From: Lytechinus pictus
Lineage: Eukaryota
Length of the DNA stretch: 64,000 nt
Direction: 5' to 3'
Assembly: GCF_037042905.1 (NCBI RefSeq)
Contig: NC_087259.1
Location: 22,878,001-22,942,000, forward strand
Shown here: positions 38,413-51,000 of the stretch, piece by piece
Layout of the letters: each line of letters starts with the position of its first letter
How positions within the stretch are numbered: position 1 is the stretch's first letter
Notes under the pieces: model-generated
What the model was told of the DNA's origin: nothing
The model's database searches: none
Seen by the model: only the letters and a program-made list of their open reading frames with translations
Translations under genes and position numbers: made by a program

Positions 38413-39611
38413 TTAAGGAAATGCTATTTTGCACTATAAACACTTCATATTGTACTGATTGTTTTGAACTAAAAATATCACATTGTGATTAACCGGTTGT
38501 TTCCTGTGACAGGGGGGGGGGGGGCAGACTGCCCCCCCCTGACGAGTCACAACTCATGCAGGGGACGTATCCCTGCCCCCCCGACGAGTCACAACTGATC
38601 CAGGGGACGTGCCCCCCCCTTCTGAGAAGCCAAATTAATAATTTGTAATGTAAAAATGCAATGAAAACAGACGTGTACCCCCTCTTTTGAACCTGAAGAC
38701 CTTTTTTTTTTTGCTTGTTAATTTTTTTTCTGGTAAGAATTCCTTTTTTCTTTGGTTGAAGACTTTTTTTTTTTGCTTGTCAAATTTTTTCGCGGACGAA
38801 ATTTGCCCCCCTTTAGGAAAATCCTAGGTACGCCAGTGCCTGGGAAGCAGGGGTGCTGAAGCACTCCCAAGATCTAGGGGGTGCTGCGTGTATTTTTCTC
38901 CATAGGCAGCACCGTAACCCCTGGAATTCTGGTAGGTTAAGCATGTTAAGTGGCAAATTTGAGAAATGCAAGGAATATGACCAATATTTTGTGTTGAAAC
39001 CCTTTTCTTTATTTTCATATTTATTTTTTTGCTTGTCAAATTTCTTGGGACCCAAACAGCCTTCATTTTGTAGGGAAAATTTTTTTTTCCTTGTCAATTT
39101 CACTTCTGATCAGCACCCCCAGCCAAAAAATCGTTCCCAGGGCCCTGCAGACCCCGACGCTTTATACGAGAGCTATTTGAAATAGATTTTATGACCCAGA
39201 GTAAAAACACAATTAAATCAATGATGCATTTTTCATACCTTTTTTATTATGATACAATTTATGAGTAAAATTATAAAACCTTACGGGAAGTTGAAATACA
39301 AGTTAGTGACATAGAACAAAACGTATAGGCTTATACGCTGAGGCCTCCTTCTTTGAAGATATCACATGTCACAGTCTACAAAACTGGCTTCCAACCAACC
39401 AATGGTATGCCATTCGAAATGAAGTAATAGCTTGGAAATCATGAAATTTTAAAATTATGATCATGACCATTTTTCAAAAAAAAGTAATTTTATTTTGCTC
39501 GTCCATGCATTCCCCATATGAAATAACAATTTACAAATAATGACATTAAATTGCTTAATTGAAGTTATAGTGCTTGGGTAGGTCCAAAACATAATAAAAA
39601 TCCCCATTTAA

Positions 39612-40201
39612 AGGAGAACGAAACCCCAGAAACCGGTTGAATTCATATCAAAGTGAAAAGTCAAAGAAACATATTGTTGAAAGTTTGAGCAAGATTGAAT
39701 GAATAATAAGAAAGTTATGAGCATTTGAATATTGAGATCACTAATGCCATGTAGATCCTCCCATTGGCAATGCGACCAAGATCTGTGATGTTACACACGC
39801 ACAACTCCGCCCCATTACTTTAATACTTATTTCGCTTAAATTATCTCGTTTATAGAGTCTTTTGCAAGATGAGGTGTTCCTTTTTAATGAGAGGACACGT
39901 ACAGAGGTTTCACAACATTATATCATGGATAAATTGTTTGTCATACCATTAGAATGAGCAAAATGATATATTTTAGGGTAAATTTTCAGTGTCCAAAGGG
40001 GAGAGTTGTTCATCTGTGACATCACAGATCTTGGTGGCATTGCCGATAGGAGGGTCTCCATAGCATTAGTGATCTTGACATTCAAATGCTCATAACTTTC
40101 TTATTACTTGCCCAATTTTACTCAAACTTTCATTGATCTGAGCATTCTTTAATTTTTCTGCTTTCACACAAGCTAACTTTCTCCAAGGGTTTCATTCTCC
40201 T
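39612..40201. mobile_element. TTAA-flanked MITE, second family (AGGAGAA...TTCTCCT)
   Basis: Long imperfect TIRs; TTAA TSD; paralogue at 48787-50017. Confidence 0.85.
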
Positions 40202-40736
40202 TTAAGGATAACAAAATGGACATGTCTAATGATAGGAGGTAATAGTATACACATTTACTGAAGGAATTTTGTTTCAGAGATGAAGAAGTATTATTATTTT
40301 AGCACAGAAAGACCCCTTGTTCACATTTTAAAAAATGAAAATAAGACACAAAATGAATCCCAAATACGTGTTGAGTATCCACATTTTAGCTAACCTCGCA
40401 ATTATAACCACTGATATGCCATTGAACATACATGTATGCTATGTGACTGAAGGGCAGCCTTGTCCTGTTAAAAAAAACAATGGTACTTTGTCTGATTAAT
40501 GTCAAGAAAAATGGCAAAGGTGAAATGTGGTATAGGAGTTCTTAATGGGAATCAAACACTTGGTTCATGATGTGCTGCACTCAACCCAAGTGAGGTAATT
40601 ATGCATCATTATGTAGTGTGTGCTTAGAGCCTTCTGATATTGATAAAACAAGTGTTAAGCAAGTATAATTACAATAATGATACGAATAATCATCATTGTT
40701 ATCAGGCTGTTCCTTGAGCTACAAGTAGCTCCAAAG

Positions 40737-41306
40737 CCCGGGGGGGGGGGCCACTTACATTGACGAGTGGATACCATGCGCGACCAAAAAAACACGTAAA
40801 AAGGATGTCTTTTTCAAGATAGGGCACGTTACGTACGTAACGTGATAAGGGTGTCAAAAACACAAAAATAATGAAAAAAGGGTATCTATTTCGCTAGGGA
40901 AGCTACGTGTTTAGGGTCAAATTTGCGGGGATGATAAAACAAAATTAAAATGTTGTATAAAGGATGTCCTTTTTGCCCCAACACTACGTGTTTAGAGTCC
41001 CGATTTGCACGAGGTGAGGAAGATGGGGTCTAGGCTAAACCAAATGGTGTGTAAATTAGGTAAACTACGACCGACGGACCCGTGACACAACAATAAAATA
41101 TCGCTGTACTTGTTTAGGGGTTCATTTCAGGGAATACTTGCCAAGAGTATAGTTTTGTTTCCAATACTTTTTAAGGGTAGGGTTTGAGACGCCTATACTT
41201 GTTAAGGGGTGCATTTTCAGAACATGGAAAATATGTGTTTAGGGTGCTTTTCGAGACCCCGTGGTCGCGCATGGTATCCACTCGTCAATGGAAGTGGCCC
41301 CCCGGG
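40737..41306. mobile_element. CCCGGG-terminal MITE
   Basis: ~45-bp TIR CCCGGG(G)nCCACTTACATTGACGAGTGGATACCATGCGCGACC; 8-bp TSD CTCCAAAG. Confidence 0.9.
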
Positions 41307-41687
41307 CTCCAAAGATACCATAGTGAATTGTAAATTGTAAATTCCCTAATGAGTATATCAAAGACATATTTTATGAACACTGATGACGCTGTGATGTACA
41401 ATCCTTGTGAAGTTGCCAAACGTTGAGCAATAAGCAATTTAAACATGACCACTGTGGAAAAGGAGTATTTAATAGGAATTACACTGTTCTCCAATCTTCT
41501 GATTACCGACAGTGTTGTGACATATGACCAGTCCCTTGTCAAAGTCATTAAACGTGGAGCAATATAATGAGCATGGTGGTTGATCAATGGTTAAATCAGA
41601 TTCTTGACAGATTTGAAAAACTAAGGAGGTCAGTTTGGCAATGACAAAGACAGTCTAAGGATAGTCCCTTTGTTGATGTACATTATG

Positions 41688-41782
41688 TCATGTCTCCATC
41701 ATCTCTACATCATCACCTGGTGAAGACTTCTTGGATTTAGCTTGCTTTGTGGGCTTCTCACTTGGTGTCGTCTCTACTTCAA
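41688..41782 (-). CDS. C11orf98: C11orf98-like last exon
   Basis: VEVETTPSEKPTKQAKSKKSSPGDDVEMMET*. Confidence 0.75.
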
Positions 41783-44103
41783 CTGTTTGAATGAATGGTA
41801 AACACAGAGAGGAATGTGAGAAAGATATGTTACTTCGTAATCACCATTATTAACAGTGTAAGCACATTAAAACCATTCTCAATATACAATCTTCACATCA
41901 TTATCGTCATCATCATTGTCACCATCATCACCTGATGATGATGAATGCTGATGATAATGGTCNNNNNNNNNNNNNNNNNNNNNNNNNNNNNNNNNNNNNN
42001 NNNNNNNNNNNNNNNNNNNNNNNNNNNNNNNNNNNNNNNNNNNNNNNNNNNNNNNNNNNNNNNNNNNNNNNNNNNNNNNNNNNNNNNNNNNNNNNNNNNN
42101 NNNNNNNNNNNNNNNNNNNNNNNCTGTCCTTGTCTGAAAAACGGGGTGTCCACACCAACTTATCAGGTTGAATTCTTCCCAAGAATGTAACTGAAACTTT
42201 ATCATTTTACTCTTAATATTGCATGGAAAAATGTGAGAGTAAAGAGCATGAACCAGAATTCTTAGAACTACTCATCTCGATGACTTTGACTAAACAAAGG
42301 ACAAAGAAGAAGAAGATGAACCTTACCTGTCATCTCATTGGCCTCCCGTTCTGCATGCATTCGGCCCTTCATAAGCTTTCGTTTCTTTTTGGATGACAGA
42401 TTTACATTGGCTCTAGGATTTCTCCTGGTGAGAAAAAAAGAAAAGAAAGTAAGGCCATATCCACGAGAAACCACATCTGAATATGAAAATGAAGAAAAGC
42501 TTCAAGGTTTTGTAAAATGAGAGAATCAACATCGTTTGTCAGTATTTTGTCTGAAAAAATCTCTCTCTTTATATGCATACCTATAGTTTGATAAGTTTAA
42601 TTGAAAAAAATGTTTGATTTACAAGCAGTGCTCAATAAAACTAGATCACACAATATTCTCCAATTATGATGGAAACTTATTCGATTCAATTCAATTCAAT
42701 TCATTTTATTAACCATATAAAAATATTCAAATACAATGTAAAATAACATAATATATAAATGCATAAATGTAACAAAACATACAAAAAATAAATATACAAC
42801 AAATAAATATAATTTATACATTCATGTAAAAGAAAAATCAACATATGGTAAGAGGCAACCAAAAAGATTAAAATCTTGTTAGGCAGTTGCCCCTTTACAG
42901 GTATTCAAATAATCATTAATAATCATAACGTAATCATTATATATTCATACATCAAACACAGAATCACCCACACCCAACACACATCCATGACCCATTGCAC
43001 TCAAACAAAGGAGAGAGAGAGAGAAAGAGAGAAGAGAGAGGGGGAGGAGGGTACATGTATGTTTAGAAAAGGGAAAGGGAATCAAGATGAATAACCACTA
43101 ATTAATTGTCTTTTAAGTAAAATTTTAAATGAGGAGGCAGTTGAACAAGAACGAATTATAGGATCTAAATTGTTATAAATTCTAGGTCCTGCATGTTTAA
43201 AAGAATTATGAATTTGATTATTAGAGGTCAGTGGAATATGAAAATGAGAAGCTGAACGAGTATTATACTGGTGAAAATCATTATTATAATTGAAAAAATT
43301 CATTATGTTTACAGGTGCCATTTCCTGTTTAATACAATACATCAAAACTTATGATGATAAAGTAAACAAATTTTCGGGCCACATGAGCCAACTTTGTTCA
43401 ATAATATCAAGTATGTTGATTTAAAAATAGTAATTGATTAGCGATTAGCGTACTAGCATTATCACTTTGCAGTGAGTTTGGCATACATCCACCCTAATAT
43501 AAGTAGGGTAACTAATTCAATCTGGTCGGTAAAATTTTATGATAATTAAAGGGCTCTCGATGAAAGTGTTGCACAATCACATCGGCAAAATCCACTCCAG
43601 ACCAAGAAAAGCCAAAACTTTCTTTTGTTTTGATTTTTTAACATACCATCGATTACGTTGGAGTCGGTTCAACTGGTGTGACTTTACCAAATTACAAAAT
43701 TGTGTCTACCCACCTCAAGACTTTATTCATATGTTTTGTAACTATTTTCCCGCTTGCTGCTGATTCTTGTTCATCTCTCCTTGCATCAAGCTTCCTCCTC
43801 ATCGGTGGTTTAGACTGATTACGTAATCTCTTCACCTTCCCCTTTGTCTTTATGTGTTTGAAGGGCGGTTTCTGCAGAGTAAAATACGAATTCATACAAT
43901 TATGTCGATACTCGATACAATAATATTTTTTTGATATTGAAAAGGAAACGATGAATTGTCTTTACATTACAGCAAATTTCATACATCATGTAATACCCGA
44001 TTGAAAAATATTGAAGTATTTCTCTCATAAGATTGGCATCGAGCAACTTGTCACTCGTATTTATTTTGTGATAGCGATTATTTGCTGTCTTTGGAGATCC
44101 CAT
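41688..44103 (-). CDS. C11orf98: C11orf98-like small basic protein; exons 43714..43871, 42327..42424, 41688..41782; first exon probably starting at ATG 44103, donor unresolved
   Basis: The spliced peptide GKIVTKHMNKVLR-RNPRANVNLSSKKKRKLMKG...EANEMT-VEVETTPSEKP...DDVEMMET* parallels human C11orf98 as recalled (GLITRHHLKKR, ARANITLSGKKRRKLL, MEVE, DVEM). Phases of the three exons agree. Confidence 0.78.
41963..42123. other. Assembly gap (161 N) in the last intron of the C11orf98-like gene
   Basis: Run of n next to a (CAT/GAT)n microsatellite. Confidence 0.99.
42327..42424 (-). CDS. C11orf98: C11orf98-like exon 3
   Basis: Strong pyrimidine tract plus CAG; RNPRANVNLSSKKKRKLMKGRMHAEREANEMT; CAG|GTAAG donor. 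Confidence 0.85.
42683..43345 (-). mobile_element. 5'-truncated L2/CR1-type LINE fragment
   Basis: ORF 43082-43345 has HQYNTR and GPRIYNNLD..I..FK.LLK, typical of an ORF2 C-terminus; downstream (ATTGA)n tail. Confidence 0.8.
43714..43871 (-). CDS. C11orf98: C11orf98-like exon 2
   Basis: TTTTACTCTGCAG acceptor; KPPFKHIKTKGKVKRLR...GKIVTKHMNKVL; AG|GTGGGT donor. Confidence 0.75.
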
Positions 44104-44824
44104 CTTCAGTCTAGTCAGTAGTCGTAATTATGCAGCAACCGTGTAATCAAAGCTGTGTTGTCATTAAGATAATTTCAGAAGTTTTGATAAACTAAAAGTC
44201 CAATATTAGCATCGTTCTTATAAATGCACTTTGGACAATGCAAATGGATGTTTTGCATATCATGCTGGTGGTGTGACTGAAAATGAAGCAGCATTCATCG
44301 ATCTGATCAATTACTGAATTATCCCACAAAGGTTTCTAAACCGAACTCTCAGTCACTCTTTTATAAAGGCATAAATAGGTTGATATTTGATATTCTTCGC
44401 TTGAATTATTTGAATTTTGCTCGGATTGGCGACGTCAACTCAATATATTGACAGGATATCATAACGAAGTGAATTTATTTCATTCTCCTGAACGAAAACA
44501 ACCAAACGGTCTTGACATTCAATCAATTACACATAACATTGTAATTTCTACTGGTACACTTGAAATATGTACAACTGCATGAGTGCGACGAACAACAGCG
44601 AGTGAATACATTCAATTTGGTAAAATAATGCATGATTATCTTGAGATACAATTCACCATATTTGCGTTATAGACGCACCTAGACAAGACGTCAATCTGGT
44701 GAATTGTTGCAATTTGTTGGAAGGGAAAGGATAAGAAGAAAATTAAAAACAACGAATCAACAAGAAGAGGCAGAATAAGTAGAATAACCAAATAGAAAGT
44801 AAAAGACCACAAAGTTCTTCAAAC

Positions 44825-45072
44825 ATGACGTGGGACGCAGAAAACAAGGGAGGAGACAGTATTGGACTAGAACCAAGTCCTGGAACCGATTCATCACTAT
44901 CTAGTCTGAGTCTATGGATAACCCTTTTCACCTTGTGTGCTATTGTCATCATCAGCAACCGCAAACTTCGGTTCTATATGAAATACCATGCCTTCACTGG
45001 GATATACTTCTTTTTCGGCATCATATGTGTGCCCTTTATGCTATTTAACCCTTGCGACCCCAAGGCAGTGAC
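44825..45072 (+). CDS. AGPAT1: AGPAT copy A exon 1
   Basis: MTWDAE...RKLRFYMKYHAFTGIYFFFGII...; AC|GTAAGT. Confidence 0.88.
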
Positions 45073-48000
45073 GTAAGTATACAAATTATACAAATTACAA
45101 AAATTATATCTTTATTGGTCATGATGTCCAAGCAGGGGCGACCCCTGGGTAGGGAGACAAGACGACCCGAAGATAAAGTCATTTTCCGAGTTACAAAACT
45201 ATCTGTATAGTCTTCATTTTCTCTCTTTCCTTTTCTGTCCCCCTCTCTTTCCCTTTCCGCACCTCATTATTTTTATACCCCTTTTCCCTACTACTTGAAA
45301 TATAATACGGACGGTTGCCCCTGCCCCGAATAGCGATGCCCATGGCCCGTATTCTGAAGTCCCCTGTGCTAAAATTATGGGGAGCCAAAAGTTCAAAAAT
45401 TCTGTTTATATTGTTTATTTCTTATGTTTACTATTTTGTTTCCTTTTGCTTTCATAATGAAGAAAAATACTTAAGTTATCTTTCCCAGACAATTATGAAC
45501 AATTTGGGTGTCATATGAGTTAATAAATTGAATGTGTACCGTTAGGGACGTGTGCTCCAATTGGCTCTCCATATTTAAACTAAAACTCTAAACAAGGGTT
45601 CAATCTAAACCCTAGTTCAGAATACGGGCCTATGGGTCGAAGTTATTGATGGGAATGACAGGACACTTCCACTTCGGGTCAACCTATACATGTTATAGGG
45701 TGGATTGAGATTGAATTTACAATCGGAAATGTGTTTGATTCAATTTACTCCCCTAAAGTATGCCCCCCCCCCCCCCCGCATAATGGCACAAGAAATCGGG
45801 GCCGATTTCATTAATGAAGGCGGGGGCAGATAGTGGGTCGTTTTTGTAGTATCAAAGGATTTCCTGCAAAAGAAAGTTAATGAAAACAAAAGATCTAATG
45901 ATTCCAGAACGAATTTGCGCCTGTCACAGATTATGGGAATGCAACTCTCGACAAGTACACCCTAATCCAATAAATTGGTATGATCATTATCTGGATAATC
46001 ATATAACCTATAGTTTTCCCAAATCAATCTAACGTACAAGGTCATACGTTTTATTGAGTGCTACACCAAGAAGTGTATGCCAATCATTTACTCTCATCTC
46101 ATCATTGGGAGTTCACAATCATCGAAAACGATCAAAATAGAAATATACATAATTGTACTCGTGCAATTAAAACGTATAGGAAGAAAACTATTTCGCTTGG
46201 AAAAAAGTATTTTACGAGAAAATAAAAAATTGTACTTCTTTCCACCAGCAAATCTTCTTCCTAAACCCAGAGTAATTTCAGGTTTATTTTATTTTGACAG
46301 AGTCCCGATATTTTTCGCTCGTTGGGTTCAAAGTCCTCTGTTCGGTATTAGTGCCAAGATTATCGGAATGGAACGATATCCAGACGGCCCCTTCGTCATC
46401 GTTTGTAATCATCAAAGTTCACTTGATTGTTTAGGTAAATAAATATATAACGTGATAATGAAAAAATATATAATTCAACAACTCATCTTATAACTTTTAT
46501 ACCATTATACCAGAATTATGGCTTATATACTAAGAACAATAATCAAAAACTTTTTGATACGATAACTATTTGGTGCTTTCCACAAAATGACATTAAAGTG
46601 TTGCAGACAAAATGACTAGTATGAACTTAGACATGTTATATAACATGTATAAACTTTTTTTAGTTTTAAAGTATTATTTCATCGCTTCTTCCAGTGAATA
46701 CAAACATAAACTGACTTCATAAATTTCATAATTTCATAACTTCATAAATAATACATTATAATAACTTCATAACTTTATGAATAATACATCGAGGTACCAG
46801 TAAAATAAGTAATTCATAAAAATAAATCTTTAAGTCAATTCAGTTTGATCCATTCATTTTTCCAATACACTGAAAGAAATCAAGAAATACAATACAGAAA
46901 ATATAGAAATGAAGAAAATAATGAAATAAAATAAATTAAACAAGTGGAATGCCTCTGGCCGTCTCACCTGCATCACACGATTCAATATAGCAGCAGTGCT
47001 GATTTTGAAAACTACTATAACTCGCACAAGATGTTCAGTGATACTTGGTTACTCTTATTTCCACGTTTTATGAACTAGACCAATACACTTATAGAGATAT
47101 GATGGCAATTCAACAAATACCCCCAACGTGGCCAAAGTTCTTTGACCTTACATGACCTTTGACCTGATCATGTGACCTGAAACTCGCACAGGATGTTCAG
47201 TGATACTTGATTACTATTATGTCCAAGTTTTATGAACTAGACCAACACACTTTCAAATTTATGGCTGTAATTCAACAAATACCCCAATTTGGCCAAAGTT
47301 CATTGACCCTAAATGACCTTTGACCTTGATCATGTGACCTGAAACTTGCACAGGATGTTCAGTAATACCTGATTACTATTATGTCCAAGTTTCATGAATC
47401 AGATCCATAAACATTCAAAGTTATGATGGTAATTCAACAGATACCCCCAATTCGGCCAAAGTTCATTGACCCTAAATGACCTTTGACCTTGGTCATGTGA
47501 TGTGAAACTCACGCAGGATGTTCAGTGATACTTGATTAACCTTATGTATAAGTTTCATGAACTAGGTCCATATATTTTCTAAGTTATGATGACATTTCAA
47601 AAACTTAACCTTAGGTTAAGATTTTGATGTTGATTCCCCCAACATGGTCTAAGTTCATTGACCCTAAATGACCTTTGAAACTCAGGCAGGATGTTCAGTA
47701 ATACTTGATTAACCTTATGGCCAAGTTTCATGAACTAGGTCCATATACTTTCTAAGTTATGCTGTCATTTCAAAAACTTAACCTCAGGTTAAGATTTGGT
47801 GTTGACGCCGCCGCCGCCGTCGCCGTCGGAAAAGCGGCGCCTATAGTCTCACTCTGCTATGCAGGTGAGACAAAAAACCGCCAAAAATAATATATCAACA
47901 AATAAAGTGATAAATTTCATCGACCATGTTGACATATACAAATATTTTCAGCCCGGACTATCCCTTTAAAGGGATGATCCGGGCTGAAAATATTTATATC

Positions 48001-51000
48001 TTAATACATCGAGTAGAATTCACTGAGCAAAATACCGAAAAATTCATCAAAATCGGATAACAAATAATAAAGTTATTAAAGTTTAGCAATATTTTGTGAA
48101 CACAGTCGTCATGAATATTCATAAGGTGGGCTGATGATGTCACATCCCCACTTTCCGCTTTCTTATGTTATTACATAAAATCATTATTTTTCATTATTTC
48201 ATACTTGTGTGAATAATATGTCTCCCTTATAACGAAATAAGTTGCAGCAATAAATATCTAATGCACTAAATCAGTTGTCAATCCAATTTTTCTAGTTCTT
48301 GGAGGAAAAAATTGGAATAAACCTAATTTTATATAATAAAATACAAAAGAACAAGTGGGGATGTGACATCATCAGCCCACCTAATGAATATTCATGACGA
48401 TTGTTTTCACAAAATATTGCTAAACTTTAAAATTCAATAACTTTATTTGTTATCCGATTTTGATGAAAATTTCGGCATTTTGCTCAGTGAATTCTACTCT
48501 ATTTATTAAGCTATAAACATATAAATACTTTCAGCCCGGACCATCCCTTTAACTATGGATAGCCAATTGTGAAATAAATCTCTAACAGTAGAGGTTCATA
48601 TAAATCAGCTAATTTGACATTCAAATAATTTTTAACTGTCTGGGAGGGATGAATAAGATAATTGTCTTTACCATTAAAGAATTAGGAAAGAGCACAGTAA
48701 ACATAAGAAACATAACATGTGAACAAATTTTGGCATGTTAGGCTTCCCAGAGTTTAAGCACGGAGTCAGACCACGGTATAAGTTAAAGGAGAATGAAACC
48801 CTTGAAACTAGCTGAATCCATATCAAAGAGAAAAATCAAAGAAACATATTGTTGAAAGTTTGAGGAAGATTGAATGAATAATAAGAAAGTTATGAGCATT
48901 TGAATATTGAGATCACTAGTGCCATGTAGATCCTCCTATCGGCAATGCGACCAAGATCTGTGATATCACACACGTACAACTCCCTCATTACTTTAGTACC
49001 CGGGGGGGCCACTTCCATTGACGAGTTGATATCATGCGCGACCACGGGGTCTTGAAAAGTACCCGAAACACGTATTTTCCATATTGTGAAACCCTACCCT
49101 TAACAAGTATTGGAAACAAATACTATTGGCAAGTATTCCCAGAACTGAGCCCCTAAACATAAGTACAGCGATGTATTTTCCATATTCTGAAAATGCACCC
49201 CTTAACAAGTATTGGAAACAAAACGATACTCTTAGCAAGTATTCCCTGAAATGAACCCCTAAACAAGTACAGAGATATTTTATTGTTATGTCACGCGTCC
49301 GTCGGTCGTCGGTTTTACCTTAAGACACCATTATTTTGGTTTAGTACGGCCCCACCTTCCACACCTCGCGCAAATCGGACTCTAAACACGTAGTGTTGGG
49401 GCAAAAAGGACATCCTTTATAAAACTTTTTTATTTTGTTTTATCATCCCCGCATATATGACCCTAAACACGTATATTTTTCCGAGCGAAATAGATACCCT
49501 TTTTTCAATATTTTTGTGTTTTTGACACCCCTATCACGTTACGTACGTAACGTGCCCTATCTTGAAAAAGACATCCTTTTTACGTGTTTTTTTGGTCGCG
49601 CATGGTATCCACTCGTCAATGTAAGTGGCCCCCCCGGGCTTTAGTACTTATTTCACTTATATTCTCACTTTTATAGAGTCTATCACAAGGTTAGGTGTTT
49701 TCTTTATGAGATGACAAGTACAGAGGTTTCACAACATTATATCATTGATGAATCGTTTGTCATATGATTAGAATGAGCAAAAAGAGATGTTTTGGGGTAT
49801 ATTTTCAGTGTCCGAATGGGAGAGTTGTACGTGTGTGACATCACAGATCTTGGTCGCATTGCCAATGGGAGGATCTCCATAGCATTAGTGATCTCAACAT
49901 TCAAATGCTCATAACTCTTTTATTGCTAGTCCTATTTTACTCAAAGTTTTGTTGATCTTATTCTTTGATTTTTCTGCTTTCACAAAAGCTAACTTGCTCC
50001 AAGAGTTTCATTCTCCTTTAAATCAGAGTTCAGAATACTGGCCATTGTGTGATCTAATAAAGATCTTTCCTAAAAAAGTGACCTCATTCGTGCAGGGGAT
50101 ATATTCTCAGAAACATGGTTTCATACCCTTCGTATAAGAAAATCATGTTCCATTAAAAAAATATGGAACCTATGTCATGATACATGGGGGAGCTGCTCGC
50201 ATTTGACGTCACAAGTTAAAATCTTTAAACACTCATAACTCTTTAATTAAACCTTCGCCAATAAGAACAGGTGCCATGAGCCTAATTCCAACAGGAAGGT
50301 AAGGTTGTTCGACCCAACCTATTCGATTTTTTTTTTCAATTTGATATTGCTGATTGACAAAAGTGTATGAAATATGATTGAAAGTCTAACACTGATTCTA
50401 GATATGCTAACTACTGAACTTCCTTTGCCCAAATTGGAAAGATATACACTGCAAAAACGCTGGTGTTGATTTAACACCAGCCCGGAATCTATATATGTCC
50501 ACACCAGAGAAGTGTTAAACAACACCAGTTTCGTTTTGGTCTAACACCAGATAGGTGTTTATACAACACCAATTAGTATTAAAACAGCATCGGTTTGATT
50601 CCAAACTGGTGTTGTTTCGATACTTCTCTATAGATTCCGGCCTGGTGTTAAATAAACACCGGAGTTTTTGCAGTGTGTCAATGACTTTGGAACTATTTTT
50701 TGACTGGCGGAAGAATTGGGGCTATTTTACTGTTTCAGTTGAGGAATTTGATCCCATCATAGTTATCTTCATAAATGGCGATTTATTTTTAAAATGAGCT
50801 GGCTACAATACTCTTTCCTGGTCAGATATGAAATGTCAGATATATATCCTATCAAATGGTAGTAAACATTCGACCCTCTTATTTCACGTTTATTTTTTAT
50901 GAATTTTGTAAGTGCCATTTGAACGCACAAGTCTATCATGTCTATGGGGAATGTTTTACGCGCGTGACACCAACAGGTTTTTCGTTTAATCGTTTCTTTT

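Noticed and set aside
41879-42205. ORFs containing X runs
   Set aside because: They are artefacts of the N gap.
43082-43345. Host gene exon
   Set aside because: It matches a LINE ORF2 C-terminus followed by a 3' UTR and repeat tail.
47025-47800. CRISPR-like array (also considered for 4350-4510 and 51640-52060)
   Set aside because: The sequences between repeat cores are themselves repeated, there are no cas genes, and the context is eukaryotic.
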